In this document: piece after piece, positions 24,330-38,099 of the stretch
How positions within the stretch are numbered: the stretch's first letter is position 1
Layout of the letters: each line of letters starts with the position of its first letter
Assembly: GCA_040954595.2 (NCBI GenBank)
Contig: CM082595.2
Span: 8,228,317 to 8,292,316 of the forward strand
Source of the DNA: Balanoglossus misakiensis
Lineage: Eukaryota; Animalia; Hemichordata
DNA length: 64,000 nt
Direction: 5' to 3'
Notes under the pieces: model-generated
Told to the model about the DNA's origin: nothing
What the model saw: the letters and a program-made list of their open reading frames with translations, nothing else
The model's database searches: none
Position numbers and translations under genes: made by a program

Positions 24330-27300
24330 GTAACGTAATGTGTGTGTGCAAGGAAAAGGTTCCGTACACACATACTGTTATAAGCCCTGCAGAGAAATCA
24401 AAGCCAATACACCAAACCACCCTCCACCATTACTGTCTTCTCAATAACCAGGCTGTACAACGAGGAGATGGTGATTGCAGAAACAGCTACCAACAGGTGA
24501 CACAACTAAAGATAAATGAATGGAATCTGTGACATAGATCTAGCATGAGATAACAGAAAGTGAATTACCCAAATACAGTACAAGACCATCCTGCAGATAC
24601 TGACCTATTTGAAGTGTATGTAATGGTTAATTACAAATTAAATCACTCTAAGGAACATGATGTCATGTCAGCTTCACAGGATGGAGACACATGCAAATAA
24701 AGTGAGTCAATTACAATTATGAGAAAGTGACAACTAAGAAATTGTCATGTTGAGTTTACAAACTGCAGCTAATGACATCAATGACCATTATAGCAAAATA
24801 AAGTTGATTTTTTAAAAATTCTAGTGATTTTTGTGATTTGTTGCAACATTTTTTATTCAAATTATTGTTTTCACCAAAAAGCTGTACAGTAATATTTTTA
24901 ATCCTGATCATCAATATCTTCAGTAGAAACATTACTTTTGTTTGTTGACAGATTTAGGAAATTCACTCTATGTTTTGCAGATGTTCATTTTGAGCCAAAA
25001 AGCTGAAACATACATATCCTGTCAGTATACAATGTCTCTGATTTGTAAAGCCAAATTAGTTTGTAAAGAGTTAGTTTGTTTCAAATTGCACTAACAATAA
25101 TTCCAATAAGTTTAAGCAGAAATCTGAAACACTTGTTAAGAACATGTTCACAATGATTTTGTGTAATGTTCTGGACTTCAGTTTTGATGTGTACTATTTC
25201 CCAAAAGCAAATGACTAACCAAGAATATGCAATTTAAGAGAGGTTGTCATACACTTCTTGCTTCAAATTTTCTCAATACACATTGAATGGTGGCCATCTT
25301 GATTTTAAAATTTGAATCAGTTTCGCTTTATCATTCAAAATTATGCCTGTTTAAAGGATATAAGAGTAAAAATCTCGCCAAAATGAATAAACGGTAGAGA
25401 CCGATTATTCATTTTGACGAGTGTTTTACTCTCGTGTCTACAAGTGGGATGGAAGTTGTGGGTGGTCGAACGTTGATTCACTATATATCCACAGTCTTGT
25501 ATCAAACATAATTAAAAGAAAAATGGCAGCAAGAGAGAGATTTTGTCCCTTTAAATGTTATTCCATGTATGACCTCATCTTGGATATGAATATTATCTGT
25601 TACCAATCCTTGCAATGCAGTTTCCATAACTGCAGTTTTACAGTTCTTTTTCATGAGGACTTGAGAAATGAATTATTTACTGCTTCTTCACAGCCAGAAA
25701 GATTCTTTATAGGTTTTTAAAATCCTTGATGTGTTCAAAATAAATCTTTTACTTTTGCAATCTTTTGTGTATATGTGTGTCCATTGTTAGCATCCCCCCC
25801 CCCCACCCCCCCACCCCCCGAGTTGAACACGGGCTGCCAAATTATTGCAATACAAGACATGAACTATTCCTACTGCTTCTCATGTTTGGTTTTAATGTGC
25901 ACTTTCAAAATCAGTCATATTCTCCTCAATACAACTTTAGATTATTCTTGCTTAAAACAAAGAATACAGATTAATTATTCACCGTAAAAATTTGAATGAC
26001 AAAAATTGTCTCAAATTTGAAATTCAAAATGGCCGCTATAACTCCATGGTGAACATTGTTTATTTTTTTATGAAACCAAGGTGATGAAAATCTTTTTTTT
26101 TTTTCAAATCGACTTCATATACACTTTAATACAAAAACATGGAAGAGTTTGGAGGACTGATCTTTGTGAAAATAACCAACTTAATGAATTTTTTTTTCAC
26201 TCAACTACTGGAAAGTAAGCTGTGCTTTGATTGGTTGCTGACTGAGACAAATGTGTAGATAACCAATCACAACACAGCTACCTTCATGATTGAGCATGTA
26301 GAAAGTGTAGTCTCCCTCAGAAATCGCCCAAAACATCGCTATTAATGCGAGCAGAGGATAGCATGTATGAACTTTGACATGAAATTGGTAGTTACCCTGG
26401 TTACGACGTTGATTTGTGACTGGTACACTTTCCACCCTTTGAAGAAAGAAAAAAAGAAACAAGTTCTTTTCTGTGCAACACTTCAGAGTCACAAGTGATT
26501 TTCATCAAGAGAAACTTCTATCAGGCAAATTTTACTTGAAATGTTTGAAGAATTGGCACTGGGTTGATTTTATTTTGGAGTGAGTTAAGTACTCAGGGAG
26601 ACATCATTTGGTATCCCCAGGGGGGGTCTAGATGCTGTTTTCTGATGGGAGAGACAAATCATTCCAGTGGAATGTGACACTTAGGAAATAAATAGACCAT
26701 AGCACCAAAAAGAACAATTTCAGAATAAAATCCCGCATAACATATCAGCTCACAATCAGAATGCAGATAAGTATATGAGATAAGAGAAATTCCAACAAAT
26801 GTCTTCATATTTGACTTCCAGTCCAACTTGAGTGGAAATGGCATAAACTTCAATGATTCTGTGCCCTTGAGCAAGGCACTTTTTATTCTCATTGATCTGG
26901 GGGGACTGACTTTGTATAGATGATTGTTCTAGTCATCCTATCCTAGGTAGACAACATTTCTGTGTTTGATATGGATGAATTTAATAAATTAAAAACTGCA
27001 TCGTTAGCCATTTTTGAATGCTGCTAAATAATAAATATATCCAGAATTTGATAAAACAATTCTATTTGAAATCCATTGTTTTCTTTGGCAATATATGACC
27101 ATAATTTTGTCGCAAATATATAAATGGTATATATACAGTATTATATTATATCATGCTACCGTCCGCAATTCTGATTGGACGAGAGCTCAATCCAGCGATG
27201 CTAAAATACTCATAATGCACTGCTGGCAGAGCTAAAACGGGCCCCTGCTGAACTAGCATATGGCAGCAAAAACCACAGTCGCGCGTGTTTAAACCAAATA

Positions 27301-27449
27301 AATAAAACAACAATACTGTTGAATTAACGGACGTTTTATTTTGAAATTGCTCTGTGGAAATATTTTTCACTTTGCCACGCGCGATGCCCGTCTTGTCACT
27401 TTTTGTCGTCTGCTTCATGTTTAATGCTCGAGCCCGGCTGGATCCCGGC

Positions 27450-27595
27450 CTTGCCGTTGTATGGGCATGCGAACGATTCCACTTGTATGTATATGGTCAG
27501 AAATTCACCATTGTGACAGACCACAAGCCGTTGGTCCACATATACAACAATCCAATTTCGAAACCACCTGCCAGAATCGAACGTTGGGCACTGAA
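27450..27595 (+). pseudogene. Short Gypsy RNase H relic
   Basis: Translation LAVVWACERFHLYVYGQKFTIVTDHKPL...ARIERWAL. Confidence 0.8.
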
Positions 27596-28091
27596 GCCGT
27601 CGGCACAGAAATTAAAAAGAAGAAGAAGAAGAAGAAAATGAGCACGAGTTACACGTCTATAAAATTTACAGCTTGTTGAAATTAGGAAGGTTACTTTTCA
27701 ATATCAGTAGCGCGATACGAGACAAACAACCCTCTATATACCGATAAGAAGTTGTTACCATGGTGATAAAATAAACATCTGTAAGACTGAGATCTGTCAA
27801 TAACAGTATAGAAAACATTTTCCAATTTCCGAAAAGTAGCCGTTTTTTAAACTTTTCTCAAGGAAATTAGTGTTTTGTTCACAGTACAATATATTTCGAT
27901 ATTTTTCTATGATTATTTTCAAGATGTTTGCGAGTGTGCAGAAAGAAAAGAATAAACTGTGAAATTTCCATAGAAATAATGAAGGAGCCATCTTTGGGTT
28001 GTATGGATTTGAATATTTCATTGAAAAAAACTAATAATTAAATTATGAATTCAATTAATAGTACAATTTGCAAAAATTGCTAGTCACTCCA

Positions 28092-28526
28092 GAAGGGTCA
28101 GTGTCTGGAAATTTCCAGACACTCAGGGAATGTGAGAGCCTGGAAATTTCCAAGCACTGACAAGGGTCAGTGGTCGGAAATTTCCGGACACTCAGGGAAT
28201 GTGAGAGCCTGGAAATTTCCAAGCACTGACAAGGGTCAGTGGTCGGAAATTTCCAGACACTCAGGGAATGTGAGAGCCTGGAAATTTCCAAGCACTGACA
28301 AGGGTCAGTGGTCGGAAATTTCCGGACACTCAGGGAATGTGAGAGCCTGGAAATTTCCAAGCACTGACAAGGGTCAGTGGTCGGAAATTTCCAGACACTC
28401 AGGGAATGTGAGAGCCTGGAAATTTCCAAGCACTGACAAGGGTCAGTGGTCGGAAATTTCCAGACACTCAGATAATGTGAGAGCCTAGAAATTTCCAAGC
28501 ACTGACAGGGTCAGTGCTTGGAAATC
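28092..28526 (-). repeat. 63-bp minisatellite, left arm (~6.5 copies)
   Basis: Unit GGAAATTTCCAGACACTCAGGGAATGTGAGAGCCTGGAAATTTCCAAGCACTGACAAGGGTCAGTGGTC... Confidence 0.95.
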
Positions 28527-28549
28527 TTGAGTTTCTCTATCATGTTTCA

Positions 28550-28806
28550 AATTATGGCCTTTAGGAAAACGATCTGTTGAGGAACTGCGCCTGTGTTTAT
28601 ATCTTCAACCCTACGGATGAGATTGGTCATTTGACTGCGGTGGCCTCTTCTGCTGTTCTTCTCTCTCTCTCCATGCCCGACATCCTGGTCTCGGCACCAA
28701 CAAATGTACCGCGTACACTTGGGAATAGGTTCGGAATGAAGAGAGAGGGGCGGGATGGCCAATACTTCTTTATAAACAGTGGTTTGAACTGTGACATTTG
28801 GTAACA
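28550..28806 (-). mobile_element. Relic of an LTR retrotransposon 5' end (BEL-like): short LTR, tRNA-His PBS and gag start
   Basis: Minus strand TGGTGCCGAGACCAGGAT (28682-28699) differs by one base from a tRNA-His PBS, followed by ...SRRGHRSQMTNLIRRVE. Confidence 0.5.
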
Positions 28807-29438
28807 CTGCATAATTCAAGAACAATAGCATTTGGTAGTTGTGAAGTTGTGACTTTGTATACAGAGTAGAAAGAACAATTATGTCAGATAAACAATACCA
28901 ATTCCCAATAAACAACTAGTGTATGGGCTAACTCAGAGGAGTTGGTAGGCGAAGCCTGTCATGAACATTGTGACGCTAAGGCTCCTTAGACAAACCTGTT
29001 GCGTCTGCGGTCCAGATCCGTACCAGAGCTTTTCGCCAAAATTCGATTTTATCGGGAGAATATCCTTTCCCTGTCTACTAACCGGTTATAACCGACTCCA
29101 CGATTGACTTCTTCTAACATCCGAACCGCTCGCTTTCTGAAACTTTTGTGTTTACCCATTGAGATAACCTCACTGTATTCAATATGGCGATCTCAACAGG
29201 TAAACACAAGAGAAAATCAGAAAGCGAGCGGCTCGGAAGTTAATTACATCATATTTGGAGTCATTTGTGGGTAGACGGGGGAAAGATTCCCCCCGATAAA
29301 ATCGAATCTCGGCCGAAAAGCTGCTGTCCGGATCCGGATCTCAGACGAATCAGTTTTGTCCATGGAGCCTTGCAGAGATGTGGTGGAAGCCATGTATTAA
29401 ACGCCGGGAGAACGCAGACCTGTACGGGGGACTACCAC

Positions 29439-30373
29439 GACCCTGTCAGTGCTTGGAAAGTTCAAGGCTCTCACATTCCCTGAGTGTCTGGAAATTTCCG
29501 ACCACTGACCCTTGTCAGTGCTTGGAAATTTCAAGGCTCTCACATTCCCTGAGTGTCTGGAAATTTCCGACCACTGACCCTTGTCAGTGCTTGGAAATTT
29601 CTAAGCTCTCACATTCCCTGAGTGTCTGGAAATTTCCGACCACTGACCCTTGTCAGTGCTTGGAAATTTCAAGGCTCTCACATTCCCTGAGTGTCTGGAA
29701 ATTTCCGACCACTGACCCTTGTCAGTGCTTGGAAATTTCAAGGCTCTCACATTCCCTGAGTGTCTGGAAATTTCCGACCACTGACCCTTGTCAGTGCTTG
29801 GAAATTTCTAAGCTCTCACATTCCCTGAGTGTCTGGAAATTTCCGACCACTGACCCTTGTCAGTGCTTGGAAATTTCCAGGCTCTCACATTCCCTGAGTG
29901 TCCGGAAATTTCCGACCACTGACCCTTGTCAGTGCTTGGAAATTTCTAAGCTCTCACATTCCCTGAGTGTCTGGAAATTTCCGACCACTGACCCTTGTCA
30001 GTGCTTGGAAATTTCTAAGCTCTCACATTCCCTGAGTGTCTGGAAATTTCCGACCACTGACCCTTGTCAGTGCTTGGAAATTTCTAAGCTCTCACATTCC
30101 CTGAGTGTCTGGAAATTTCCGACCACTGACCCTTGTCAGTGCTTGGAAATTTCTAAGCTCTCACATTCCCTGAGTGTCTGGAAATTTCCGACCACTGACC
30201 CTTGTCAGTGCTTGGAAATTTCTAAGCTCTCACATTCCCTGAGTGTCTGGAAATTTCCGACCACTGACCCTTGTCAGTGCTTGGAAATTTCCAGGCTCTC
30301 ACATTCCCTGAGTGTCTGGAAATTTCCGACCACTGACCCTTGTCAGTGCTTGGAAATTTCCAAGCTCTCACAT
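29439..30373 (+). repeat. 63-bp minisatellite, right arm (~15 copies, reverse complement of the left arm)
   Basis: Same unit inverted. Accounts for the repetitive ORF 29378-30427. Confidence 0.95.
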
Positions 30374-33300
30374 GCCACTGACTCTTTTCCAAGTATTTCA
30401 GCTGCAAAATATGGATTTGTCAATTAGCAGTGCTTATTTCCTAAAATTCATACGAAATCCAACGGATTTGTGTGATACGGATATTAATCTAACAATTCTT
30501 GTAATAAATATTGGGTTTCAGATTTACTTTTTGATGCTATTGTTTTTTCTGGCGAAATTTTACAAACAATTCACACACTTGCAAATTTTCAATAGAAATA
30601 TTACTCATGATAAACATGGAGACAAAATTTCATTAGAAAAAAATCAAAAGGACTGTCATGTACGTGGCTTTGAAGGAGACTCAGTTTTTTCACAGATAAA
30701 TTTTAATTTGAGTTTAAAGCCAAAATATGACAAAATGCATTTTTCCTGCTGTACAGCTGCAGGAAAGAGACTAAGAATACCTTTATGTAACTTTTTCATT
30801 AGAAATTGGCAAAGAATAAGGAATATTTTCATAAATTTCTAACTTTTTCAGCAGTAATTATGTAAAAAAGAGGTTTTTCGGAAATTGGAAAATGTTTTCT
30901 ATACTGTTCAATTATTTTTTTTCATTCATGCATAAGAAATAGATCACTAATCGAAAAATTAAAATTAAATCTTAATACTCAACAACAGGGTTCGGCCTTA
31001 ATGTCAAAATTACTCTATTCTATAAATAGCTCTCAACGGTTAGATTTTTTGAAAGTAAATTATTGCTGATGGTTGGAATACTTAATTTTCAATCTCAGAT
31101 TCCGTGAAAATATTACAAAATAATACAGGATAAAGTCGATGGCGTTTTAATTGTCACTAATGCATTCTATACGTCCCCTGGAGGTAACCCAGGGAGATTC
31201 CTGAACGAAACAGGGATGGTGTCCCATTGTGAAGGTTGTCTATGGGAGGAAACTGATGGGCAGGCCTAGGGCTTTAGTTTTCCAGCTGAAAAATTAATGC
31301 GTTTCGTGTTTATTTATCTGTGATGTGCCTAAAGTACCCCAAACCTTCCGTTTCTACAGTCAACTTGTCGTCATATTTCATTTTTCTAAAATTGTGAAAA
31401 GAACACAAAACAATTTAAATTTGCTTCTCCAAGAACATTTTACTTCTGTTCTACAAAATAAAGGGGGAAAAATGTGTCATTTGTCTGTCGATGTTTAAAG
31501 GGGCAATTTTCAATCCCTGGTTTTTGCATTAGTAGGTGCTCCTCCTAGTCAAACATTAGGCTAGTTGCGATGTTTAACCTACAGTACGTTAAAAACACAC
31601 TCCAATCACAACTGTTTACCACCTTAGCTAATCCTATAAAGGGTGCTAGGTGTTACAGATAACGATAACGGCCGTGCCATGGTCTAGCTGCACACGAGTA
31701 CAGTAGAGACTGTTTACGGTCAACTGGAAAGCAAGAGGCCGATCGCTCTAACCACTTCGACGCTCAATTCTCCCAAGCGCGCACAGGTGCAAGCTCTGGA
31801 ATGCGATCGCGAAACTTCGGACAATGCTCTGTAAAGTAAGCCCTACAACGCAATCTCGCACAAAGAAGCTGTATTCACCTCACTATGATCTGAAATCAGC
31901 GTGTATTGATTCTTACTTGCATTTGTCCTGCGAGGCAGGACCGTCTTGATGACGACTTTGACCTCAAGCAATTGTGATTGGAGGCGCAGCCGGCAGCATG
32001 CAAAACAGTCATCCTGCATGCATGACTGGCTACCGTACCACGCGTCGGTCAATCCACTTGCGCACGGCTGGGGCGGCTCGGCACAGGCCTGCCTATAATT
32101 TTCCTATCAACTTGAGAGCGGATCGGTACTCAAAATAGGCGTTGAAATGTCTGAATTCGCGATCATCAAGTTTATAGATCGACATCGATACAAACCCAGT
32201 TCAAGCTAGACTGATCCCCGGAAATGAACGATGCGAAAATGTCCGCATTGTTTTAATTGCTGACAATCGCGATCGTGGCGTCGGTAATTTTTGAAGGGAG
32301 CTCAGATGCTTGTCGAAAATTCCACATGAAAGGAATACAAGTCGAATTACCAAAACTATAAATGATTGGCAGCATGTCTTGATACTTGGTGCGTCATGAT
32401 TTGCAGGTAGAAAGTCCTATCTATTGCTATTGCGACATGGGCCTATAGGCGCGGCTATATGCACTCGTGAAGCTGTCGCGCCCGTGTACAGCAGCACGCA
32501 CGCTCAGGCACAGTTACGTTAGCATTCAAATATCCAGATGACGGGCAACTTCAATAGCGTGGAGGCATTATACCTGATACATGGTACGTGTCTGGCGGTT
32601 TTTAAAATAAAAACATACTTGGAAAAATCTTTTACTGAATGGCGAAATATTGCTTGCCCGTCACTTGGAAATGACAACGCCGTGGGTCACATGGCCAGAT
32701 CACGTGATTGATAGCAAAACAATTCTTTGACTGACTTTCTGCGTTTCCGTACGTTTCGATATTTCATCAAATCCGGGCATCACTGAAGTCAAGAGTCCGT
32801 TTAAGGTTTTTTAAGAGACGACATTATTGTACATATTATAATGCGATACATCTTTATTTTTGGCAGTTTTCTTTGAGTGGTGATTGTTTTTGACAAAAAT
32901 GAATGGTACATTAAAATAACACCAAAGTCATATCCTCGGGTGTGTAGTGTACTTCTTTATTCACTTTTATATGTGAGTATGTGTGCCTGTGTAATGATTT
33001 GTGCATTTCTTTTTAATTTTTTATTACGAAGTGTTTTGGTGATTACGGTAGTTCTCTTTTTGAAGGATGTGGTGGCCCTGATAAGGGCCGTTTGGTATGT
33101 GTATGCACTAGAGCATACGTCTCTGGGTTTCTACAGAGAGGCACTAAAAACTTCTTCGACAAAACGCCTCCACACATTGGTCCTCCAACGACTTGTTTTT
33201 TCCGTCAATACCCTGCGCTCAGACCTCCTCCTGTACTGCCTTCCTCGCCGACTCTTCCTGGTATTGGTTGACACCACTTTCGCTTCTGCGTCATATTTTA

Positions 33301-36300
33301 TTGTTTTGTCAGTGATAAGCTTGCACAGAAACATTGTAAATTATCATGGGGAAAACATGAACACACTCGGAAATAAAATAAAACTTACCCAGTCCAGACA
33401 GGTGAGATCACTCCTGAATTTATAGGAGTTTTTTTTAATGGGATGCGCAACATTGTTGAAGCTCTCAACATAGTGTGTGTCTTTACACTAGAATGGAAAA
33501 TAAAATAAAATCTTTACAAAGAGTAGAGACTTTGGTTTTCCATAATCGTGTCTGCATATAGCTGACAAAAACTACAGCATAATCTCGGTACAAGAAAGCC
33601 TGAGAGAAATACTGCTATGCTCTATCTGCTGCATGGTGGTGTTCAAACACTGCACATTGTAACTACATGTACCTGTATTCTGAAATCGTGTTTCAAGCTA
33701 AACATTGTCATTCAATACACATAGCTAAGCACACCTACATTTACCTCATGCTATCAGCCGGAACGCAGGTTGCTCTCATAGAGGGCGCGCATTAAGCAGA
33801 GGTCACGTGATAAATTTCAAAATGTCAGCCTCTTATCATGAAAACAACACCGTCAGAAATCAGGCCGTGTATCTTCGGATATCCTCATGTTTTTTTTAAA
33901 ACGACAATTTGATTGAGGAAAGTGGTCCTCCAACTGTATCGTGTTCAATTTTTGTGTCTTCATAAGGTCAGATAATTACGCTAGTAGTTTTTTACGAGAT
34001 CGTAGTGTTGTTTGTTTCATCGTAAAAATTGCCATTTTCAATGTTTCGAGGCGAATATTTCGAAAACTGGAAGTGGTACACACAAAAAAATGTGTTCGAA
34101 CCCTAGATTGTTTACTTAGCTGTAATACTGGAAAATGTTACCTTCTTTGGAGCTTTTATAAAAATTTGCTGCACATCTTAGTGAACCATATACAAGTGGG
34201 ATCTGGTGTATCGTACGTACAAGTATACGGCGCTAACTTTACCCCCGTGTGATACCATTACTTCGTGGGGGAGGCCGAGGGGGGTTGTGAGGGTGAATGT
34301 TTGGGTTGTAATTGAGTGTGTTACACGTCAGTGCGATCATGATCAACAATAAAGACTAGAATTGTACAAAAATGCTGCGTCGTCGTCTATTAATTATTCT
34401 ATGCCGATATAGGTGTTAAAAACAACCGATCATTTTCACACTTTGTCGGCCGATAAACGTAGTGCCAATGTAGGCTGATAAACACCAGTGCTGAAAGGCG
34501 TTTTTCAAACTACCGATCATTTCAAAGTCTGTCGATCTTTTTTCATAATAAGCCAAATAGCGTAGTGTAGTACCGAAAGGCCGTTTTCAAACTACCGATC
34601 TTTTTCATAATAAGCCGATATGACGTGACCGACACACGATGGAGCTCCGTTTGAGCCAGACAATAGTCCCGGACACCAATACGACAAGTTGACAATTGAA
34701 AATCACAAATTTAAGACAATATATATTTTTTTTTTGGGGGGGGGGGGTCAGAACCTTTGTAAAAGTAAGTCTTGGAGGTATGAAAAGCGATATCACATCA
34801 ACATGTCACGAAAATTCAGTTCACCCACGAGGAGACGCTCACGCTACGTATACTGCATCATACGAAGGTTCAGGAGCTATGCACTAGTCAGGCGTGTGCG
34901 CTATACTATACATGCTATAGAACGGAATTGTTGCACTTGTAATCAGGGGCGATTTTGCAAAGACCCATGGGGGTACACCCACTATTTTTCTTAAATAGTC
35001 AGAATATATATTGAAATTACCAAAAATCGTTTCAAAATGTTACAATTATTTTTTATAAAAAAGTGCTGCACATCTTAAAACACTATAAATTCGATGTTTA
35101 TTATTTTTCCAAATTTCGGGTCACTGTAAGTTTTATCAGTTTTCCGCAAGGTTTATCAAGATATTTCGGTAAAAATGTGTCGTTTAATAGCTTAAACTAC
35201 AAACTATCGATAAATGGTGAAAATGACTGGTAAAATACGATTATTCCCACGTAAATAAGCTTAGAAAATTACGCGGGAAATCAGCACACCACTTCCGCAT
35301 TTGAAAACAAGATAACGTTGGGGGCGCTGCAAAGTTTAGAAAACACCGTGATTAACGGTCATTTGACGAGCTAGCGTTCGCACTGTATGTAATACTTAAA
35401 AAACTCACATCAACATAATTCTCTGGCTTCTTGTACAGCTGCGTCTTTCTAACTGCATGCCTCAGGAGGTCAGCTGCTTTCGATTGCCTGATTGGGCGGA
35501 ACGATGCTTCGTAATTCGCGCTATTCCGACACCTCGATTTTGGGTCACACCCAGCGTGATTATCCTACAGATCGAAAAGATAACATGTACCGTCTATTTG
35601 ATGGAATTTAAGAAGCACAGTCACGGTTTTGTGTTGATGTTGGCATCCACAGATAACTTTAAAAGAATGTGTGATGGCGATGGTTACATTTTCAACTATT
35701 TTATTTAATCAAAAAAGTTATTTTTGTTTCATTCAAAGGTAATTACCTGATAATGAGCGACAATATTGTGTAATTTTTTTTCGGATTAGCGCCGCTGCTT
35801 CGGTTCGTGCCCGGGTTGTGTTGCCATTGTCCAGAAGGTGTTGTTTTGCCCGTGTCATGGCCCAGTAGCAATGTGTCTTTACATTGGCCCCTGTGGAGAG
35901 GTGAACACATAGTTGAATTTGTAATAATTGTTATCACAAACGAAATGGCTTTACGTTTAATATCTCCATTTTCAAAGCTGCATAAGAGGAAAAAAAATAT
36001 TCAACGCATAAAACTGAACATGAAACAGAAACTCGTAACCACAGATACCTGACCAAAAGTGAAAACTTAACATTGCGATTGAGAAAACATAAAATGTGTG
36101 TGATTTTACCTTTATCTGCAAGTTCAGGGTGCCAGGTTACGTTCATGTTTCGTTGTGTCCCCGTGGTTACTCGTTTCATCTCTCGGCCTATTGCCTTGGT
36201 AACAGTAAGATAAAAACAAGCATTGATGTTACAGCTCCTCGCCTACGTGTACACGATGAAACAGAATCAATTAATGGTGCCTGGATTGATGCAACTCTGC

Positions 36301-38099
36301 CTTGAAAACAAACCTGAATACACATATTCACTTTCAAATTATAAGTTTACAGATGATCAAAAGTCGTCAGCTAAAAATGTATGTGACGTCCTTATGTACA
36401 TGTACTAAATTGGAGTGTTTTTGCTGCTACACCTTCCCCTGTCAAGTAAGAATGAAGCCTTACCATGCCATGTGTCGTTGCTGCTGATGGTATCTGGCCT
36501 TTCCTCTCGCAGGAATTTGTTTACAGACGCGTTGTTGTCGTGGCCATGAACTAAAATTGGAACCCCTGTAAATGTAATCATTTGCAATAGCCGGTTGTCA
36601 GTGTGACATATTTTCTTGCATAGAATTATAATTATCGTTTTATATGTGGTCCATGTACATGCCTCAAGTTTTGTAAAAACATTTAGCAAGGATTTTACTG
36701 ATACTGATGGGAAAGCACCGTGTTAATACTATGTTTTACCTTTTTCATCAGCCCAGTTATAAAATCGCCTGATCCCAACCATCTCGTGTCTTTGGGAACA
36801 CGGGTCATCGTGCTTCCTGACCAACTTCTTATGGATGCACTTATGGGTTCGAAAACAAAGAAAAATAGTTACAAATAAAGTTATTCGAATTTAATCCAAA
36901 ATTGCCATATATTACAATAACAGTATACGTCAAAGCATGTGGCATGTCAGTTCGGAGAAGTGTGTTGATGCCAAACACAATACTCACTGTCGACAGAAAT
37001 AGCGATGCGATTGAGTGCGTGTAAGGGTAACACATTACCATACATATAACCATCATTGCCATAGAGATGAAAAATGTTATTTCTAACGAAAAGTTGTTAC
37101 ATACATGTCACCAAGTACAACTATGTCAGAGTTTTGTGCATTCTTTCATGTACCGTGTCGTGCATCGCTCATATTTTCAATCCCCAGCTTAATGGTGCGG
37201 TCTTCCGATGCGATTTCCTGAAATTGGATTCAAAAACAAAATGTATTAGGCCTATATGAACACACGGATAAAATGTGGCATGATAAAAATATCAAATAAC
37301 ATTTATTTAGTTGTTTTTGGGTGGTGAAATGTCATACCTCGTTTAATGCATCATCCATGGATTTGACCGCTTCATTGTGGACAGTTTGTCGGTACTTCTC
37401 AAAAACTGAATAAAAAAAAAAGACAGACGAGAAATGGGCCGCCGCAAGGGAAAAGGGCCCTTATGCATGGATTTTTCGATTTTTATTTTTTGTCGTTTTT
37501 TGATAGTACCTGTGCTCCTCTTTTCATATGTGTGCCGCTCACTATGAACTTACACCTGGAAATGGCATTTGTGGCCCATTGAATGTGACATATGACCTTT
37601 GACCTCAGCCCACAAATAAAATTCACTGTTTTTGTTTCACAATAAAGAGGTTTAAAAACCAAACATCTTTTCCCAACTACATGGAAGATCTGTATCCATT
37701 TATACCGTAGGTACTGACTAAATCAGCTTTTTAGGGGGAGAGGGGGTGTCTGTCATTCCATTATATCATAGGGGTGGAAAGCACACAAGATGATGCTAGT
37801 TCTATTTAAAAATACATTTTATTAGACACCACAAGTGCCAAAAATCTACACATCACATCCTCCGAAAATATGAATATTTACATGACATTATTGACATAAC
37901 TGTTGCCATGGCTACCAGCAGTCTCCATCTAAACTGTTGCCATGGCTACCTGTAGTGTCAGAACTCCAACCATTACATCACTGATATTGCTACATACAAT
38001 TCTAACTATCATTTTTTTCAGATAACATTTAAATATTTACAAGTTTGCATTTATTTTCAGTACTACATACATGCAAGAGTATTCAGTGGGTTTTTGGAT

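Larger units (their letters stand above)
27802..30908. mobile_element. Non-autonomous foldback-like TIR element
   Basis: Perfect 34-bp TIRs at 27802-27835 and 30875-30908, with CAAT on both flanks. Inward arrays of a 63-bp repeat lie in opposite orientations. Confidence 0.8.

Noticed and set aside
27802-27812. AACAGTA terminus resembling the RSS heptamer CACAGTG
   Set aside because: Lacks the invariant CAC, and no nonamer is evident.
29378-30427. 349-aa ORF of 21-aa Cys-containing repeats, and its mirror at 28055-28498
   Set aside because: By-product of a stop-free 63-bp minisatellite. No evidence that it is a real gene.
31843-32052. Cys-containing ORF as a possible second (KolX-like) gene
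   Set aside because: Lacks a convincing motif pattern and cannot be supported.
32877-33425. 182-aa plus-strand ORF
   Set aside because: Antisense to the last transposase exons, with no recognisable domain.
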